DNA of 64,000 nucleotides from Raillietiella orientalis (taxonomy: Eukaryota). Both the position numbers and the translations under genes were made by a program. The stretch's first letter is position 1, and each line of letters opens with the position of its first letter. Shown piece after piece: positions 58,301 through 64,000 of the stretch. The DNA is taken from positions 1,674,001 to 1,738,000 of the forward strand of contig JAYWIR010000040.1 of assembly GCA_036172245.1 (NCBI GenBank), written 5' to 3'. Under the pieces are notes generated by a model. It was not told where the DNA came from, did not search any database, and was given only the letters and a program-made list of their open reading frames with translations.

Positions 58301-59899
58301 CCCCAGTGGCGGAGGACCATTCCCTGAACGAGGACGGATCCTTGCGGACTGCCGAGTGCGCGCGTGGCTCCTTCGAGGAAGAGGGGAGCCTCCATCTTGA
58401 GGGCTAGCGTCTTCGGGACCACCAGGAAAGGGGAGAGGAAAGGGGAAGAGAGGGACTCCCGCAGACTGCATCCTCCGCCGAACAGGAGCGGTCGCCGCGG
58501 CCTCCAGCATCCTCGTCTTCCTTTGCCTCCTCGGCTTCTCCCTGCGCGCGCGCGCGTATGCACGGAGGAGAGGATGCCTGACCGTCCTCCAAGCCGAAGT
58601 GAGTCGCTGGAGGCCTCCTGGTGCAAAGCGACGTCTCGAGCCCCCCCCCCCCCTCCTTCCGGAGCGAGCCGCCGCCATGTTCTGGCAGTCCGCGCCCCGG
58701 GACTGCCAAGAGGGATGTTTTCCCAACTAATTGAAGATCTATAAATAAACGCAGGGATCTGTCGTCGCCAGCGGTTCTGTTGCAACACGCGGGTCATCTG
58801 AGATGCGCCCGGGGAATGCTGGCAGTCACCGAGCGTTGCTCTCGTGGCTGTTCCGCGGGCGGCCGGGCTGCTCTTCTTCTCCCTCCCCCCTTGCGCCACA
58901 CCGAAGGGTTTCGGGAGCTCTATGCCCGCTTCCCTGCCTCGCCGGGAGCTATCCCGGAGCCGGGAAGAAAAGGAGAGGGTCCGGGACAAGCGCTCGTTTC
59001 TCTCCCTGTGCCCTTTTCCCGACCAAGTACGTGCAGGAAGAGCAGAAGGTGAGTGGCCTCCTGCCGGCGTCTTCTTGAAGCTCGTCTTTCAAGTCCTCCA
59101 GGGGTCAGGAACGGCCGCACTCTCTGGAAGGGGAGTTCCTGGCGTGCCTAGCTTAGGCCACCTCTTGCGAAGGAAAAAAGGAGGAGAGAGTCTCGGACGC
59201 GGAGATAACGCGGGAGAACCCGCAGATGGTCCCGTACGGAGTGGACAAGACCCGATCCCTGGGGAGAGAAACGGGAGATCCCTGGAGGCGCGACGGGAGA
59301 GTCCGTCAGCACCGCTCCGTAGAATCTAACTCGGGGATTTTCACCTCCTTGTGATCCAGACTGGAAGAAGAGATCCCGGTCGCGGCAAAGGCCGGCACTT
59401 CCGCACTGCCTCCGTGGAGGAAGGGAGGGTCGGACGGCAATCGCGAAAATCCGGAGGCAGGCCCTTTCGGGAGAGCAGTTGGACACTTTCTCCCGACTTG
59501 GGAGTGGCGTGACCTTTTGCAGCGCGGCAGCAGTGTCTCTATCGCTTCCTCGACTCCACTCCGCTCCCTTTCTCCCCCTTTACTTGTGCTCTCCCGGAGG
59601 AGCGATCGGAGCAGTCGGAAGGGGCCGACACGTCGAGTGCTCCGTGGAAACCACGCCGCAGAAACCACTTTCGCGGCTGGCCGCGCGGCGGCGGCGGTCT
59701 CATGGCGTGGGCGGACGGGCATCCCAGGAGTACGCTGCGGAGGACTTCCTACTCGGTCGCTTCCGGTGCCTCGGAAGCCGTCCCGCCTCGCCGCTCTCCC
59801 GTCGCAGCAGAGCCCCGAGGACGGAGGGAGCATCTCCGGTCGGGACGATGGCAACGGCAAACGAAGTGGACCCGTCCTCTCCCTCAAGCGAGGCGACCG

Positions 59900-61950
59900 C
59901 CCTTCCCCTGGAGAACCAAGGAGGCCTCGCCCCTTCTTGACCGCTTCAGCCCCTCTCCTTTCCTTCACACCCGGGAGCTGTCCCTTCCGAGAGCATTCCG
60001 CCTCTGGCAAGAAGGCGGCGGCTCCAGGGGGCCTCGAGGAAACTTCCCGAGACATCCATCGTTCATGGACTCCTCGTTGCTCCAAGCCTTCAGCGTTCGG
60101 GGACGCAGGGGAGGACGGAGCCTCTGCAGGCTCCTTGGGGCAAAGGGCTGGGAACGATCGAAGAGCTCACTCCCGCTGGGAGCTGGCGGCCCGCGCCCCC
60201 GTGAGCTTTGGAAGCTCCTGCGAAGAGGAGGCAGGCACCTCCAGTAGGAGTCATGGCGGTCCTTCCTGTCTCCCCCAGCGTCCCACGATGGTCGGATGGG
60301 GTAGCCCCGCTCCTCCGCGAGCGCCGTCTTTCCGAAGGAGCCGGCGGCGCGTCATCCTCCGCCTCTCGTTCCCGAAAGCACTCAGCGTGTCGCTGCTGCT
60401 GTCCGATCCGTTTACTCCGAGAGCAGAATTTGGACACCCTTTACTGTTCCACCCTCCTCCTCCCTCCCCCATCCCCCTTATCCCTTGCAAAAGCCGCTAG
60501 TGCTGCCACCTGCAGCTGGAGACCGTTTTCGAGCCCCGAAACTTATGCGCAGCACCTTGGACTCCGCTTGCGTTTTCGCGTGGTTGCAGCGCTACCGCAC
60601 CTTGCTCCTCGGCCCATGGTCATGTCCGACGTCCACTGTGGACCTTCAGGTTCTCTCCCCCACGGTCTTCCGGAGGTCCACATCGCTGGGACCGCACCGC
60701 GCAGATTCCGCATCGAAGGAAAAAAAAATTTCGATACCCGGGGGACCACGTTACGCTCACTGGACCCGCTTCGAGGCACGGTTTCCGTGGCAACGGGCTG
60801 CTTCCTTCCCCCTCCCCCATCAAAAAGGAAAAAACTTGCTCCCCTCGATAGCTTTCTTGGCGGGCGGGCAGGGCGAAACGATGCAGCGCTGATGCTGCCG
60901 CTGTTTCGCGGAAGATTACGTCTTCTTCCGCGCTTCTCGCGGAGTGGCTTCCGCGTCGGCGCTTCCCGATTAGCCCTCTCGTGCTCCAAACCGGAAGTGC
61001 AAGCAAATCTCAGTCGGATGCTCTCTTTCAGCTCTCAAGAGTCACTCGCAGAAGAGGAGACGCACTCGAGATCTTTCACCCCCTCGTAGTGGCGTCAGCG
61101 AGAAGAGCTGTTTGTGTATCCGTCTTTCTTTTCTTTTCTTTCTTTCTCTTTTTTTTTTTTGATGCGACGGGCGGAAAAGTTGGTCCACATCAGCCCGGAA
61201 GTTCGGGAAGATCTCCCGAGAGAGTCTACTTCTAGGATGCCGAGATCCCTGGAAGCTGTCGCGGGGATAGCGTGGCGAATGTGCCCAAGGAGCACAGAGA
61301 CCACACTTTTTTTTATTCTTTGCGTAAAGGGCGCCGCCTGCCTCCTTTCCCAGTCTCGCTCGGTTCGAACGGGCGGCGTGCGGGACGAGGCGCTCCACTA
61401 CGCCCCTTCCTCCTTCATGGCGGCGAGCGCCTGAGAAAGACTTGCCTGCCTCCTTTCCGATTTCGACTTCAAACGCACGGCCCTGCATGCATTCGGGTGG
61501 AACCGAAGTGGCAAGAAAGGGAAAGCTGTGAACGGGCGCCTTCGCAGCTGCGCAGAGCTGCCTCTCCTTATGCCCACCCCGTTTCGAATGGCCGCCGAAA
61601 TCAGCCAGGCCTTCCCACCCTCCGCGCGGAGAGCCGTTGGCTGGCGGGGCCAGGGCAAAGCGATGGGACGTCTGAGAGAGAGTGGATCTCCGGCTCACGG
61701 AGTTTCGGTGCCTTGGCCGGCACCCTCTCCAGCCTTGGGTCTCCCCTGCAGATGAGGAACGCGACGGAAGTCCTCCGCTCTCTTTCTTGCCTGGCCGACC
61801 TGGAACCCACACGTCTTGGAGGACGGGCTCGCAACTGCGCCACGCTGGCCGGGAGAGGAGTCAGCCAGATGAGTGAACCGGGGAGCCTCCCACAGCGTCC
61901 AGGAATTCGGCTCGGAAACTCCCGAAAGAGTTCGCGCGGTTCCTCCAAGG
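59900..61950 (-). mobile_element. Decayed non-LTR element: APE remnant copy B, with possible RT N-terminal remnant downstream
   Basis: RERRTSVAFLI and GKAWLISAAIR are shared with copy A over ~250 bp of alignable DNA; weak RT-like traces at ~60200-60050. Confidence 0.45.
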
Positions 61951-64000
61951 TGCTGCGCGTGGCGCCGTTCTAGAGACGGCGGGAAACTCGGCGAAGAGCT
62001 CCCTCCGCAAAAACGAGGAGGGTCTTCGGGGAGGCGATTTTTCGCCTCCTCCCCCTTTCTGTAATTTGCTTACCTAATTTCCGAAGCGAGGCCCTTTCCA
62101 ATTTATCTACGGGAGGAGGCCAAACAAAGCAGTTCGCATTCTTAATCTGAATAACATCGCGATTCATAATTCATCATCTTTCAGTAGACCGGAGAGAACG
62201 AGAATTTTTTAAACTGCAATTAAACGGATGGATTGGCGAAAGAGTTCCTGCGTTCGGGGAATTCTTCGAAATTTGCTGCACGTTCCCGTGTACGGAGCAG
62301 CAGCGGAGTCAAAGTAAACAACGACAGCAGCACCAGGAAGAGCATTTGATCAATTGTAGGACATGCGGGCAGATGCAGTGCGGCGCATAGCCAAAAGAAC
62401 GCTGCTTCTGGTAAACAGATCGCTCGACGGCCGCAAACATCGTGCTTCAGCCTACTCGGATCGATTTTGCGAAATCGACGGCGTGCACCACCGGATGAAC
62501 ATGCATGAGCGGCTCGCCGGGATTCCAGGAAAACGTCATTATTCGCAGAGAAGAAAAAAAAAATGTCACGGAGGCACCCTGCCATGGTGGTTTTCGGTGC
62601 GCAGAACGGTCCGAAGAGCTTTGCCGACCACGGCACCACTACGTACTCCACAGCCAAGTGCGGCAGACCCTTCTTTTGGATTACACGCGACGGGGCCGAT
62701 TTCCGTGCCTCCACCACAACGGCTTCCCCTCGTCCCAGCGGCGATTCCTGTTTCTCCACCTGAGGGCGATGGTAACACTGGATCCTTGCTATCCGGTGCT
62801 CGCAGGTGCGGTATCGAGCCGCACTGTTTGGAGGGAACGTGGCCGAATCGGAATACGCTCGTAACAGCGGCATTTCATTGGCTCGCGTTCGAGGGAGATC
62901 ATTGTTGCTCGAGAATAAGCGACGCAGCATGGCGTCCACCTCCGCGACGCAGGGTAGCAAAAATCAAAAGCAAATTACTTTGCCTCCTCCCCCCTTCTTC
63001 TTTCTTCTTTTTTTGTGTTGCTATTATTTGAAGAAAAAGAAGAAAAAAATGCGCAAGACACAGTGGATACAGGAGATGGAAATGAACACAATTCGAACCC
63101 AATTTTCGTATCGCTTGAAGCGGAATAAATTTGAGCAACGTGCCTCAAAATCAACAGTGAGTTGTTGCTCGAAAAGAGGCAAGACACGAAGTATTATTAG
63201 TTCCTGACGACGGCGAAAGATAATTAATTTTCCTGGATGAGGCCATTGTAAGTGCACCAACGTAAGTGAGCCAAAAGTCGAATGGGAATGAGATCCTCCA
63301 TTCCCTCCAACCTGAAAGAAAGTTGGAAAACAACTCATCCAGGCGATTAGAATAAGCGAATATGTGCCGTGTGCTGCAGCCGTGAACAAGGAAGAAGCAC
63401 GCTTTAAAGGGGCTGAGAAGCAGGCGCGTCGGGAGGGCACAAATCCTCCCTGAGTAAAGAAAAAGAATCGCCGGTGCTGGAGGTTTTGGATTCACGAATT
63501 CAAGGAAAGAAGCCAAAATGGTGGTCGTGGCGTCGAAGCAGAGCACGAGAGATTTTCAACTCTCAGTACTCGAAGTCTCCGCTGAACTTGCTCAAGAGAA
63601 AAGGAATGCCGCCATCCTCCCGCTGAAAGCCTCACCCTCGTCTCGGAGAACCTTGCGCCAGCGCGTGGGAACACCGGAACGATCGAAGCCGAACTCAGTG
63701 GTTTGTATTCCTTGGTGGTGCCTCTTTGCGAGTACCCTAGCTTGCGAACAGGTCAGAGGTCTGAAGGCTCTCAGGTCGGGTCACCTCGCAGCACGACCGC
63801 CCCTAGGTGGCCAGTGACCGTTGCTGAGAACTCGCAGCAACTTGCCTCCCATTGCCTGCGGGGTTCGGTCGGTGGAGGGAGCGGTCCCGGGGCAGACTTT
63901 CCCTCGGAGGACTCCAGAGAATGCCAGAACCACCTCTCTGCGGAGGGCGTCTCCCGCCCCGATCGCCGGACATCCGTCCGCGGATCGCGCGTAGATCACG

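Overview
This is eukaryotic (invertebrate metazoan-type) genomic DNA, not prokaryotic, and it has two very different compartments. (1) Positions 1 to ~20 kb are AT-rich and gene-dense, with three intact spliced genes that have very short introns (mostly 40-51 nt). They are SAP30/SAP30L (+, 2 exons), EXOSC9/RRP45 (-, 8 exons, convergent with SAP30, 85 nt between the stop codons) and a CKAP5/XMAP215/ch-TOG microtubule polymerase (-, ~24 exons, ~1710 aa by my manual splicing). The CKAP5 appears to have TOG1, TOG2, TOG3 and TOG5 but no TOG4. (2) Positions ~20.6 to 64 kb are GC- and CpG-rich and contain no intact gene. They hold heavily decayed non-LTR retrotransposon remnants (APE endonuclease, RT and zf-RVT motifs), almost all on the minus strand. 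Three captured fragments lie on the plus strand: a 28S rRNA pseudogene ending at the D7a hidden-break region, a PDZ-domain pseudogene, and an unidentified frameshifted coding relic with an acidic tail. Several retroelement copies share a conserved AATAAA-containing 3' hairpin. The long ORFs listed in the GC-rich half are mostly compositional artefacts. All calls come from manual reading and remembered motifs; no searches were run.
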